A stretch of DNA of 64,000 nucleotides, taken from assembly GCA_964036045.1 (NCBI GenBank), contig OZ038379.1, positions 38,688,001 through 38,752,000 of the forward strand. The letters run 5' to 3'. Positions 1 to 12,300 of this stretch are shown here, one piece after another. The stretch is from Eutreptiella sp. 'Long Island Sound 2002'. Taxonomy: Eukaryota > Protista > Euglenida. The translations under genes were made by a program, and so were the position numbers. The number at the start of each line of letters is the position of its first letter. Positions within the stretch are counted from its first letter, which is position 1. The notes under the pieces are model-generated. The model saw nothing but the letters and a program-made list of their open reading frames with translations. It was not told the origin of the DNA and searched no databases.

Positions 1-122
1 GACAGGAATGCCAAATTTGGATTTGTTACGTAATTTGGGAGGTGTTGTATCTTTTTGGCCTAACAACATCAAGAAGGAGTCATATAAAACAAAGTAACAT
101 TTTGTAGGATGGTGTAGATACT

Positions 123-280
123 TACGTCTACTGGAACAACTAGCTGTGTTATTTATGTCTCTTGGCCCGTATAATGTTCCGGTAGACGTATGAAATTCTA
201 CTTCCGTCTAGCGGAATAAGTGTTATGTCTAGCGGAATATTATAACCGGACCGAATTTAACATTATAATGTTCCGCTAGA
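123..280. repeat. Cluster of TCTA(G/C)(C/T)GGAA motifs in both orientations forming two hairpins; probably subterminal repeats of an element cut by the window edge
   Basis: tacgtctactggaac (123-137) pairs with gttccggtagacgta (176-190); tctagcggaatattataa (228-245) pairs with ttataatgttccgctaga (263-280). Confidence 0.5.
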
Positions 281-2957
281 TGTAAGCTGACATACATACC
301 ATAAAATTCAGCAACAGAAGATGAAAAGAAAATGAACGCCGAATGATACCAAAACGAACCAAACCATCAGGCAAACAGCATCCTAGCGCACCGCTTTTAA
401 CCCCGTTGTGCCGGCCGAGAATATCTCCGTTGTTGCACATCATTTTCCTCCTTTGTACCAACATCATAACACTACCGGAGGGCCCTTGCAATGTGTCCGC
501 ATTGCGCACTACTTTTTAGACTATGTGCCCCCCTCAAAGAGCCCCAAGACACGCCCCTTGGAGACGACCTTCGAACCAGGCAACCTGAGAGGCCCCAACT
601 CAAAGAGATTGGGAACTACCTTCCTTTCACAGATAATGCTGCAAGTGGTGCCCTTCGGGGAAAGAATGGCTGGAAAGCTTGGGGTGGGCAATCCCGGTGA
701 GGCGGAGATGCAAAAGGTCGGCTTGGGTCTAAGTTCCGGGTAGTTCAGAATTAGGGCAAAAATCGACGAGGCAACAAAAGCATTGCCATTCATGCTGATA
801 GTACCGACTGATGTCCCGCAAAAAAAATAAATCCACGAACAAATGACTGCCAATCACAGAGTCTAATGTATAATAAATATGTCTGGACTAATGTATTAAA
901 ATCCGATTCTGACGAAACATTTGGCTAACTTGGCAAATAGAGATGACCATTCCTAATTCTTCGCACAAATGTATCTAACAATCAAAACAAAACCGCCTCC
1001 GTACCACATAACAACACATCAGATACACAATTGAATCCTTCCGTCCACACATCAACAGAGTGTCAGCGGACTTGTCATCGCTATCAATAACCAGCTAAAA
1101 GATGTCGCCAAGTTGCCAACGCAAAAATCCGAAGGGTTGTTGCGACCCTGCTGTCCGAAAAAAAAGATGGTATCAATTAGCCCAGGTGCCAGATAAAGGG
1201 TCCCCGACACTGAGCTACACTTTGGATTGAAATCATGCACTAGAACGTGCTTGCGGTAACCACCACCACGCGAATACTGCAAGATGTTGTGTGCCCCGCA
1301 CCGTTGAGGGACGTGTAAAGCGCGACTCCAAAATCTCTGTGATCCGGTGCGATCTGTCGCGTGCGCTGTTCTGTGGCCGGCAAAAAGCATGGGCCCATGA
1401 AAAGAGAATGTAGGGCTCAGACATGAGCATATCTATGGCCTGGGGGCCTTTGCATTGCAGAGTGGACCAAAACTAGATACCATGATGGAGAGGTTGGGCG
1501 AGGTCAAAAAGACAAAGCAAAGTGCGCATTGCCCTCTCTCTTCTTGCCGAAACCGAAAGCGACACGGGCACGGAAATTCACCAACATGACGCCAGATGTT
1601 GTGTGGACAAAGAGTGTTGCCTTCGCCTACAGCGCGCATTGGGGGAATGTTTGCCCGGCGCGCTACATTTTTATTAACTATCCCCACTTCAGCCCGAAAT
1701 TTAGCCTGTGATGGAGAAAAGCCCCCAAATAGACCATGATGGACGGCGCACCTTCCCTACAAAACACGTTGCCTAATTAGACAATAGCTATGAATTTAAA
1801 AACCCCAGATATCATTTGTATTGTACTTAACAAACGGTACTTTAACTTTACCTTTCCCACACATTTCGTTATGATAATCAATCCCCAAGCAGCAAGCGGT
1901 TTGTACGGCATTTCCGCCTCACTTCACAAAAAGGAAGCGCAAACTCAGTATTTGCTACATCACTTAGGGTCCCCATGGTGGGGAGAAATCAATATGGCTA
2001 CAATACCCCTGCTTTCTTGGGGTCTCCATAGTGGGGAGAAATCAACCTAGTAAAAAGTAGATGTGGTGCCAACGAACAAAAAATGGAAGAAATTTGGTGA
2101 AACTGGGTAAGAATCCAAATGTACCATATGCCGGAAGTGAAAGATGCATCAAAATACCCGTTGTCAAAAAACAATAATGCCCATAATATCACAAAGTATG
2201 GGGTTCTAGGACTAGGGCTAGACGTCCAAATAGTTGCGCTGTGTGCGTGCTTGCGCTTAGTGCACCCCCTAAAAGGTCCCCGGTGTAGTGGGTCAAAAAA
2301 GATGCCCGGCGCGCCAATGCTCCCCCACTGTCCACATGTAGTGGACAGCTCGCACCCGTAAGCGCTACATGCAATTGCAAATACAGCCAAGGTTGGCAAA
2401 CATGCTACAAACACCATCACGTCCCAAGCACCTCCCCGCAAACAAGCCATGTTGCAACGCCATGCCAACTCTTTTCAATACTCCCACAAACCCAATATGC
2501 ACCAACAAAAACACGCTTCATACCAAAAAAACCCAGTGTCTTCCTCATGTATGCCACACTTGTTGATTGTCGTGAACCAAAAGACCACCTTGGTTGCCCC
2601 CTTTCATACTAAAAACTGCAACCCCCCACCAACCTTGCAGTGTGCTCTTTTGTTCTTTTCAGCGAATTTGTTCAGGCTGGGTTGCTTCTTTTCCTGGTGC
2701 TCAACCCTATGTCGGGTCCCTACAGCAACCCCCCCTCCCAAATTTAGTTCCATGACCTTCCATTCCCTCTCCAACCTCCATGCCTGAAATCTGCCTGAAT
2801 GGACCAGTAACACGCACTGCAAGCAGACCTACACCTGGGCATTCGACTTGGGGCGGGGGGGGGGGGGGGGCTGACAGTTCTGAGGATGCACCTAACACCC
2901 TGCCTGGGCTCCCACACCCCACTCACTCCCGGAAATCCCAGAAACTGACCAGACAAG

Positions 2958-3235
2958 ATGTACTGAAACCCCCCAGACGTGTACTTGAAACCCCCTGAAT
3001 TGTACCATAAACCCCCCTGATTGCACCTCGAAACCCCCCTAATTGTACCCCAAACCCCCCCAAAATGTACCAAAAACCCTCCAGAATGTACCAAAAAACC
3101 CAAAATATACCAAAAAAAACCCAAAAACAGGGGGGGGGGGGGGTTCTGGTACATTTTGGGGGGTTGTTTGGTACATTTTGCGCCAGAACGGGGGGTTTTT
3201 TGGCACAAAGGGGGGGCTTTTTTGGTATTCACCCA
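2958..3235. repeat. Foldback of ~20-bp modules (TGTACC-A(n)-CCCCC), ~8 forward then several inverted copies
   Basis: ccccccaaaatgtaccaaaaaccc (~3056-3079) is mirrored by gggttctggtacattttgggggg (~3141-3163). ORFs across it are low-complexity artefacts. Confidence 0.65.
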
Positions 3236-6200
3236 AACCACGTTCGCCCAAGTTCACCTGGAGTATCGGCTCGAGCTTGTTTCGGCAGCCGCTCATAGTC
3301 CCCCGGGTGTGTGACGGCTTTCAAAACGATCATGGGCTGCCAACAAGGCGCCTCATATTTCTAGTGGAGCCCTTGACAGAGCTCCACTGCTCGGTCTCCA
3401 GACACGATCCTCACTTGTCCCGGGCAATCCGCACTCCGGCCTTCACATCGTCGACGCTGACACCGCCACAATCCATGAAAACATGGTCCTTTGGTGGTGT
3501 GAACCCCTACCTCCCCTGTGCACCCCTCACCGTCGCCCACTGCAAGCATGGCCGGGGTCAAGGGAAGACAGTCCAAGGGATCGTGTTCTGAGACAAGAGC
3601 ATGTTACAGCACAGGTGGGCACACACCCACACCCACACCCACACACCCACACCAAATCACATTATTACGAATGGAGTTGCGATGCACGAAGGGTGGGATG
3701 GCGTCATGAGTCAATGAAACCCTGAGAGGCATGACGCAGCCCACATTCCCGGCGATAAAACTGCGGTCAGAGAAATGACACCCCAATGGCGTCACGGGGC
3801 TTGGCCATAGAACAGTGGAAAGTTCAGCAATAGGTCCCCACCGACAGACCTATGCCCTGAATCAGCAAGTATCACGCGGCGGAGCCGCGACACACAGCGT
3901 CACGGGGCTTGGACAAGGGGCAGGGTGTGAGGGTCATGCCCCACCAACCGCTTTCACAACTGCTGCCGCTGCCAAAGACCCACATTGGGGCGTCTTTCCC
4001 CCTGGCAACAGCCTGACAGGGAAAAGGCACGTTGTACCTTCGGGACCAGGTGGCCAGTGGTCAATGTTGGTTTGCCTCGAGGCCCCTGCACTGGACCACA
4101 CCTCCATGACCCCGTCGGAGTGCGATCTGGACAGGACATATCCCGCCCCCTTTGGGTGGCCCATCGCGGAACACCAAAAAATGTGATGCGCTACACAACG
4201 CCAGTCCAGCAGTCGGGCCGGATGTGCGCGCTGCGGCCGGACCAGCACCGCAAACCCTGATGGTGCTGCCGAGCACAGTCCAACGGGGGTCTCATTGGGC
4301 AAGGGATCGGGGCCGGCAGGTGTGACTATTTGAGAACAGATTGCAGACCGCCAGGTGTGACTGATTGAAAACCCGTGACTATCCCCTGGCCTATCACACT
4401 GTCATGTCACACAGTGCAATACATTCTCAACACCAACTTTGCACACACACACCCCCCTTGCGAGAACAACACTGAAATACCAAGTTTTGACGGACACACC
4501 ACCGAGTGTTGTTGTGACAAAGAAGAGTATCCATGAAGGCAAAATAGGACATGGTTCCAAAAGTTGCGGAACAACACCTACTGTTCTGACAAGGGGGTCA
4601 TTCTCGTGGGGGGTGGGGGGGGGGGGGGGACAACAACCAAGGCACCAGACGGTTTGGAAACAACCGCAGCGGTGCTGAGACCAGGCCGTTATTCGTGCAC
4701 TGCCTTATGACACACATGCTCAGGACATGGCGGCCGAAAATACACCATCCGAGGATATACCCACAGCATACCACACCCGTCACACAGCGCAGGAGCACGC
4801 GAAGCAACAAACCTCATCTAGACCCAGCAACCCATTGCCAAATCACAGCCAATGCACCCACTTCTTTTCGCATCACCAAAGGGGACCACAAAATCAATGA
4901 GACCAGAAGTTCTGGAAACAAAACCCAGTGTCGCTGAGACACAGTGTTGTTTGGGCAACAGGGGAGGGCGTTCCATAAAGGCTGGTTCGTGACCACGTAG
5001 TACAGCAAGTGCCCAGTGCTTCACCTTTTGTGTGCCCTGCTTTTGTAGTCATTTGTGTCCACCAGGACTTGGGGAGGGGGGGGCAGAGGGAACTACTGCG
5101 GATCGGAGTGGAAAGTTTGATTAGCGCAAGCAGTGCAAGGGGTGGATCCCTCTGGTATTTGTGTGTTGTGGGTAAAGAAAATGTCCAGCAGGACTCGACA
5201 AATGCAATGGCACACTCATTCGTTTTGCTGAACCCAAAGTGCATGTGCCCTAGCGCATCCCCATTCTACCTTCAACCGTTGCATAGCGGGGTACAGAGGA
5301 AAATATTTTTGGTATACAACAACTCATTTTGGAGTGTCACGAGGTCCCAACAGCGACTACTTGCTTGATATCTCATGGAACTTGTAGCTGTCAATATTGT
5401 GTTGAACGTTGTGGTCTCCAGCGAAGCACTGTCTCACACTGATTTTTGTCCGCGGGTACAGCAGGTACAACACCTTCTGTTGCCCCCACAATGAACCTCC
5501 TCAGTCAGCCTGATGCACACACCTGCAAAGTAAAGGGCTAGTGGGGCCTCCGTGCCCTGAGGCGCCCTCCTCCCTGCACCCTCCCCGATGGTTCTGAGTG
5601 CCAAGGGGCACCGCACTGAGAAGCCCTTAACAAAAAAACCCAGGAGCTCCTAAAGGCCCGCCCTGAGCACCACAGGGGGAAGGGGATGGTGCCACCCTCC
5701 ATTGCACATGGGGCATTCAGCAATGTCCAGGCCCTCTTGCCTGGTGCCCTGGCGAACGTGGCGCATTCCTTCAGTGACATCAGCGGTGCCGACCGTGCGC
5801 CAACGTTAAGAGCAACCGGCGCAGATTTGTGCAGTCCGATGACCTCAACTGTTGCCTGCGCAGGCGGAGGCAGGTGCAAAAATGGTGCTTCAAGACAAGA
5901 CTTGGGTTTGCAATGGCCCTGAGCTTTTAGTGATCCAACAGCAGCGCCCGTACCCGCCCCCAAACCGCAGGTACTCATCCACAGATCTGACCAACGCGTG
6001 TCATTGTGGTCGTTGGCACGCCTGGCTTTCTTCTAAAGGGGGGGATGACCCCCCTCAGTGTGACCCACCCCCCCCGGGAGCAGGGATGGCCGTAGAAATG
6101 GCCCTAGAAGTGGCCTCCTGGCAACTTGCGGTGCCAGACAAGCATCTCACGCCTGCACCTGCGGCAGCCGAGCCCATATCTCTCGAAGCACCCCCTCCCC

Positions 6201-6803
6201 CCCCTCCCCCCCGGGACCCCACACCCTCTCTTTGGCTGACGACCACGTGGCGGACTTGTACTGTGTTGCACAGTCTACACCCACACTCAATGAACACAAA
6301 AATATTGTGTGCTGCCATAACTGTCCATTGCAGATGAAGTGCCTCACTGACGGCGATTATCCGCCAACCGCCGTTGTGCAGGGCATTTGGTGAAACCTAG
6401 TATGCACGTAGCAAAACCTAGTAAAATGTAGCAAAACCTAGTAAAATGTAGCAAAACCTAGTAAAAAAAATTTTTTTTTAAAAAAAAAATTTTTTTACTA
6501 GGTAAAAAAAGCAAAAAATTTAAAAAATTTTCCCTTACTAGGTTACTAGGTACTGACAAATTTGGATTTGGATTTGAACAAAAAAAACCAAGTTTATGGG
6601 GGGGGGGGGTCAACGGTAGGTGGTATTTATGTTTAAGGGCATGGTGCCCCCTGGTCTATTCCAGGCCACTTGTGTAAGTGGCGCCCCACCCGGGCCAAAC
6701 CGTGTATTGCAAGGTCAGCAAAAATAAAATGAGGCTCAAGAAAAGAAGGAGCTTTTATATGATAAATATATATATACATATATGAGGTGCACACACGCGT
6801 GCT

Positions 6804-7544
6804 TTATATGAAGTCGCAAAACACGCGCTTGTAGATGAGGTCCGACTTCTTGTCTTTGTAGGTGGGTTGTGGAGAGGGAGGGTTGTGCTTGCACATGTTG
6901 CGAATCACGCCCGTGGTCTTTTCTTCCAACTCTTTGATTAGATTTTTGTCATACTCCAATCTCCCAGAGGCATCTTTGGGGTAATGCTCTGGAACAAAAA
7001 ATTCTTCACCACGGATCACCACCTTTGGACGGACCTCATCTACAGAAGGCGGCTTGTCAACCACAAGCCGGTCACCCAAGGCGAATGCCAACACAATGCA
7101 TGCCAGTGTGGCAGTAAATTGCACATTCCATTTGCGCAATGCCACACATATCTCCGTGGAACAGAAACCGGAAGCATGCAGGGCACACTGATAAACTCCA
7201 CATTCAGGGCACGTGATGTGGGCTGTGTCGTCGCAAAAAAAGCACGACGAACGGCTGGGTGAACAATAGGGCGTAGCATACATCCGTGCCAAGGCCCAAC
7301 TGGGTGTGGTCTCAATAGGGGGGGCAGGCGGAGAACTGCGATAGTGCAAAGCTGCCTGTGCAATCTCACGCAACAACCACAATCTGTCTTGTGGAAGTTG
7401 GATGCTACCGTTGACAACACGCCTAGACAAAAGGCAATGTAGCATCATAAGGCAGGCAGGATGGCAGCTCACACCGTCGTCCTGATGTAGGAAGGTGGAG
7501 TAGAGGGGGGCTATAGCAAAAGCTACACTGCCGAACTCACCCAA
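6804..7544 (-). CDS. Passenger ORF (246 codons open; first ATG at 7448) with a Cys/His zinc-finger-like motif (B-box/HIT/MYND-like spacing)
   Basis: CFFCDDTAHITCPECGVYQCALHASGFCSTEIC = C-x2-C-x7-C-x2-C-x4-C-x2-H. It is the only long ORF inside the MULE, and its ORF-track start is TTG. Confidence 0.4.
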   Translation of the reverse strand: MGEFGSVAFAIAPLYSTFLHQDDGVSCHPACLMMLHCLLSRRVVNGSIQLPQDRLWLLREIAQAALHYRSSPPAPPIETTPSWALARMYATPYCSPSRSSCFFCDDTAHITCPECGVYQCALHASGFCSTEICVALRKWNVQFTATLACIVLAFALGDRLVVDKPPSVDEVRPKVVIRGEEFFVPEHYPKDASGRLEYDKNLIKELEEKTTGVIRNMCKHNPPSPQPTYKDKKSDLIYKRVFCDFI

Positions 7545-7553
7545 AAACTGATG

Positions 7554-8247
7554 GCAGAATCAGAAGTGGCCCACAAGTGGGCAAAGTGGCTACCTCACCC
7601 CTGCCGTATCGGGGATCCCCACCGCTGCAGAGCGGGGGGCAAAATCAGAAGTGGCCCACAAGTGGGCAAAGTGGCTACCTCACCCCTGCCGTATCGGGGA
7701 TCCCCACCGCTGCAGAGCGGGGGGCAGAATCAGAAGTGGCCCACAAGTGGGCAAATTGGCTACCTCACCCCTGCCGTATCGGGGATCCCCTCCGCTGCAG
7801 AGCGGGGGGCAAAATCAGAAGTGGCCCACAAGTGGGCAAAGTGGCTACCTCACCCCTGCCGTATCGGGGATCCCCACCGCTGCAGAGCGGGGGGCAGAAT
7901 CAGAAGTGGCCCACAAGTGGGCAAATTGGCTACCTCACCCCGGCCGTATCGGGGAGCCCCACCGCTGCAGAGCGGGGGGCAGAATCAGAAGTGGCCCACA
8001 AGTGGGCAAAGTGGCTACCTCACCCCTGCCGTATCGGGGAGCCCCACCGCTGCAGAGCGGGGGGCAAAATCAGAAGTGGCCCACAAGTGGGCAAAGTGGC
8101 TACCTCACCCCTGCCGTATCGGGGATCCCCACCGCTGCAGAGCGGGGGGCAAAATCAGAAGTGGCCCACAAGTGGGCAAAGTGGCTACCTCACCCCTGCC
8201 GTATCGGGGAGCCCCACCGCTGCAGAGCGGGGGGCAAAATCAGAAGT
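7554..8247 (+). repeat. 85-bp tandem repeat, 8 near-identical copies plus a partial copy
   Basis: cagaagt recurs at 7561, 7646, 7731, 7816, 7901, 7986, 8071, 8156 and 8241. The unit has internal palindromes CCCAC-AA-GTGGG, GGGGATCCCC and CCGCT-GCAG-AGCGG. Confidence 0.95.
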
Positions 8248-8248
8248 T

Positions 8249-8590
8249 CTGAAACCTAGTAAAAACAAAAACTTTTTTTTTACTAGGTTTTGAAACCTAG
8301 TAAAAAAAAAGTTTTTTTTTTACTAGGTTTTGAAACCTAGTAAAAAAAAAAGTTTTTTTTTTTACTAGGTTTTGAAACCTAGTAAAAAAAAAAGTTTTTT
8401 TTTACTAGGTTTTGAAACCTAGTAAAAAAAAAAGTTTTTTTTTTTACTAGGTTTTGAAACCTAGTAAAAAAAAAAGTTTTTTTTTTACTAGGTTCCCAAT
8501 ACCTAGTAAAAAAACGTGTTACCTAGTAAACTGTTACCTAGTAAAAAAAAAAACTTTTTAAAAAAAAAAAATTTTTACTAGGTTTCACTA
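8249..8590. repeat. Tandem ~30-33-bp self-complementary units (CCTAGT-A(n)...T(n)-ACTAGG), right subterminal region of the MULE
   Basis: About 7 consecutive units visible; the same motif occurs at 6391-6545 and 27355-27481. Confidence 0.9.
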
Positions 8591-9339
8591 CAGACCCCGT
8601 TGTGCAACCGCAAACCAAATCCCTTGGCTCAGGATCCCCCGTCTGTATCCCCCCCCCCCCCCTCAAGCACGTCTCTCTAAGCCCTTGCACCGCTTGCCTA
8701 CCCTGAGAGCATTGGCCCGCCCGACACGGAACGCCCCACGCCCCGCCCACGTGAACTTTGTTAGGGTCAGGGTCGTTGAGTCAGGCAGGCGTAGCAGGCA
8801 CATGCCCCGCAAGTGGATGGCGCTCAAACACGCCGGTGAACATCGCGTAGTGGGTCCCGGGCGGGTGGTGTGCTGCCATATGCCGTGACCCCGCAAAAAC
8901 TGGGACGTGGGCCTTTTGTGGGGGACAGCCCTGTGCTTGCACGAGAACAGCACAAAAGGGTTATCGGCGGTCAACAAGGCGGAGGTGGGCGGGGACATAT
9001 TCTGGCGGTTATAAAGCGGTCGAGGGCAGTTGGGGGCAGATGGGACAGGTGCGGCAGAATTGGTTGACTGGGTCCGCCTGCACGGTATGCGCTCAGCGAC
9101 CTCGCGACGGACCTTTTTCTACGTTCACATTGGCGGACTGCCTCAGAATTTCCGACCCACAGCCGTGAATCCGATCCGCAAAAGCCGCGAGTTCCGACGA
9201 ACCAATACCTAACTAGCAGCAGAATACCAAGAACTTTCGCGTGCGCGCTGCGCACGCGCCGCACGGGTTTTCCCTCTGACAGTCACTCCCAAATGGGGGG
9301 ATGTCTCCCACTTTTCAAGCACAACGAGTGCCTCCTACG

Positions 9340-12300
9340 CTATTTGTCAGCCTGGGGATCCGATACCTCAACCTCATTGCACGGGCACTCCAGGTCCATT
9401 GCCAGCGGCACACTGTTCTTCTCGCCCCCCTGCAGGGGCACGGAGTACAGCTTGATGCCCGGCAGGGCCAGCGTCCCCGCACGGCACGCAATCAGGTGCA
9501 GCTGGATCTTGCCCTTGCCGTCGCTCAGCACCAACGTGTTCTTTAGACTGCCCACGCTCATCCATGGCGTCCCTTTGCTGGTCCTGCTGGTGATATCCAC
9601 GTCCAGGCGCACTTGATGGATGATCCCATTGACCTGGCTCGAGTCGGCCCGGGAGAACACGTACACGTCCAGCGGGTACGCGATCCCGACCACAAACAGC
9701 CCCGTGTTGCTGGTCAGTGTAACGCACACTTTGTAGTGGGGAAAGGGCACAGGGGGGAGGGGGGGGTGGATGGCCAGCGGCATGCTGATGGTATGCGTCT
9801 GCGAGGGCGCGTCGGACGCGCGCCAGTACTGCAGCTGCATGACGCAGGGCATGGGCTGGCGGTGTGGGGCCCCCTTCAACGACTGTATGCGGAACGCGCA
9901 GGCCATCTCCTCGCCGTGCGTGAAGCGATGGGCCGACAGATTCCTCGGAAAATGGGACGACAGAAGCACAAAATCGTCGGGGGTCGTGACGTGCTGCGCC
10001 ACGATCGTGAGCGGAAAATGGGTCTTGACGGTGATGGACACCGTGACCCACAGCTGATCCGCGTTGACCAGCACGGCGTTGTACGTGTGCTCAAAGTCGT
10101 GCAGGCGCCCCATGAAGAGCGCGGCGCTGCGGCACACGCTCAGGGGCTCCGACTCGCTGCTGTGGCTGAACTGGAGGTCGACGTGCTGCCCGAACTGGGT
10201 CTCGGCGACGGGGATCCGGAACGCGATGCACTGCACAGGGCACGCTCGTGCGATGTGGAAGGAGTGCAAGTGCAGGGCCTGCTCCGTGAGCGCGTGCTGC
10301 ACCGTCCCAATTGGGGGGGGCAGGCCCCGCAGGCCCCCCTCCGGGTTGCGGGTGAAGGAGGCCGTGCAGCCCCGCACGGCCTCCCCGTCGTACACGGGCA
10401 GCGGACCGTCCGCCTCCAAGTGCGTCAGGAAGTCGCACGCGCCGCACTCCTCCTCCGACGGGGCCGGGGCAATCGAGAAGTTAGCGACCCGGTCCGCCTG
10501 CGCCCCGGCCTCGGCACGGGGCTCCACCATCACCAAGTAAACGAACGCGTGCAGCGGGTCCTGCCCGGACGCAGTCGTGTCGTGCAGCGCATGGCACTGC
10601 ACCCGCGGGCCCAGGGCTGCCACGCACTGCACCCGGAGCTGCGACAGTGCGTCCCTCCCGAATTGCCGCGTTTCATGCGCGGCGCCTCGGGAGCTGAAGC
10701 CGCGCGGCACCTGCACCCCCGTGAGCTGCTGCAAGGGCAGCGCGGGCATCTCCAGCCACCGGTCGCAGTAGGACAGCTCGTCCTCGTGCTCTGGGTCCTC
10801 GACCAAATGCAATAGGCTGTCTTCTACGGAGAGGGAAAAGCGTGTGCCCTCGTACGCGCCTGCCCGCCCGGCAATGCCCCGCAACGTGACGGTGCGCGCC
10901 TCCATCGGGTGCAGGGTGAAGGGGGCGCTGCTGCACAGCAGGAGTCTGTTGGACCGCTTGTGAGGGGGGGGCAACGCGTGCCCCTGCCCATCGCACGACA
11001 CGGACCGGCGTCGGCGGGGCGAATAGGACCAGTCAGAGGTGTGGGTGACGTCCGACGAGTGGCAGACGCGGTGGTCGCCGTGGCCCCTCTTCAGGTGGTC
11101 GTCGATGGTGTGCGCAGGCACGGCCGACGCCGCAGGCGTAAGTGTCAGCTCCATGTGCGTGACCGCGATCGGTTTGGGGGCGCGGCAGAGCAGCCGCGCC
11201 TCGACCACAAGGGGCTGACCCTCTGTGACGGGGCCGCGGGGCTGGGGCTGGAAAGACACCACGTCGAGGACCGAGGACGCAGCCGCGAGGCAGGGCTCCG
11301 GGGCGCACATGGCCAGCCCCTCCATCGCCCGCTTCCAGAAGACCGCCGCGCCGGGAATCGCCGCTTCGGAGTCCCCCAGCTGCGCGTCGGGCGCGTGCGG
11401 CGGTCGCGCGGGACCGGGGCACAGGGCGAGGGCCATGGGGTGCGCGATGCGGCCGGGGTCATGGCCCGAGAGCCAGAGGTTAGTGCGGACATAGGGCAGG
11501 AAGATGGCCTGCGCCGCCCACACTTTGTACGTGGTCTGGACGCAGGCCTGGGCACACGCCCCCTCGAGCAGGTGTGACAGGCAGTGGGACAAATATAGGC
11601 GGCACGAGTACAGAACCGTGTGCCATGGCGCCGAGTACTGCCGCTTGAGGATCTCCGTGAAGTGGCGGCAGGCCTCGAGGTGTTGCCCCTGGGAGACGTG
11701 CAGGAGCCCCAGTTGGTACGCCATCCACTGCGAGATCCGCAGGTACTGCCCTTTGGTGCAATACCCCTTGGCGGCGTACGTTAGGTCGGAGCACTGGGAC
11801 AGGAAGCTCCGTTGGGAGTTGCTGCTGGAGGACGGCGCGGAGGCGTCGCCGGAGGAGGCAGTGAACGCGTGCGCGTCAGCATCATCCACAGCGAGGCTGA
11901 CGTGCACCGGGGGCTTGAAGAGGGACTCCAGCCCCAGCCCCATGAGCTGGGCCGCGCGGATCGACTTGTGCTTGGCCCGCAGCAGCAGGGCTGCCATGGT
12001 CCGGTAGCACTGGTCGATGCTGGCCTCGGACGAAAGCGGGAACGTGGACGAGGTCTGGGACGATTGGGACTGGGAGGCGAAGTGGGAGGACATGGAGATG
12101 CTGAGGCTTGGGGACTTGTCGGTCTCGCCGGGGGAGACGGAGGAGTGGCGCGGGCTCAGGGGCGACTCGGCGAACGCATGGGACCCGTTGGAGTTGGTGG
12201 GTGAGTCCTCCGAGTCGCGGGCCTCGACACACCCGGCGCCCGTGACCTCGCCAATGGAGTCCATGCTGGTGGGGCGCGCCAGAGAGGCCCGCAGGGTCAT

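Larger units (their letters stand above)
6381..8597. mobile_element. Non-autonomous Mutator-like (MULE) DNA transposon, 2217 bp, with a passenger ORF
   Basis: Left end GGGCATTTGGTGAAACCTAGTA; right end (reverse complement) GGGTCTGTAGTGAAACCTAGTA. Exact 9-bp direct repeat CGTTGTGCA at 6372-6380 and 8598-8606. AAACCTAGTAAAA/TTTTACTAGG subterminal repeats at 6391-6545 and 8249-8590. G-starting TIRs with a 9-bp TSD are typical of MULEs. No transposase inside. Confidence 0.8.

Noticed and set aside
276-6340. Short ORFs at 0.3-6.3 kb, and likewise at 14-17.6 kb, 27.5-36.4 kb and 44.7-47 kb
   Set aside because: No recognisable domain, many non-ATG starts and frequent stops; probably old element debris but not assignable.
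7554-8247. 85-bp array as a CRISPR array
   Set aside because: Units are identical end to end with no unique spacers, and there are no cas genes.
7551-8293. Three overlapping 200-240-aa plus-strand ORFs
   Set aside because: Produced by the stop-free 85-bp tandem repeat cycling through all frames; not proteins.
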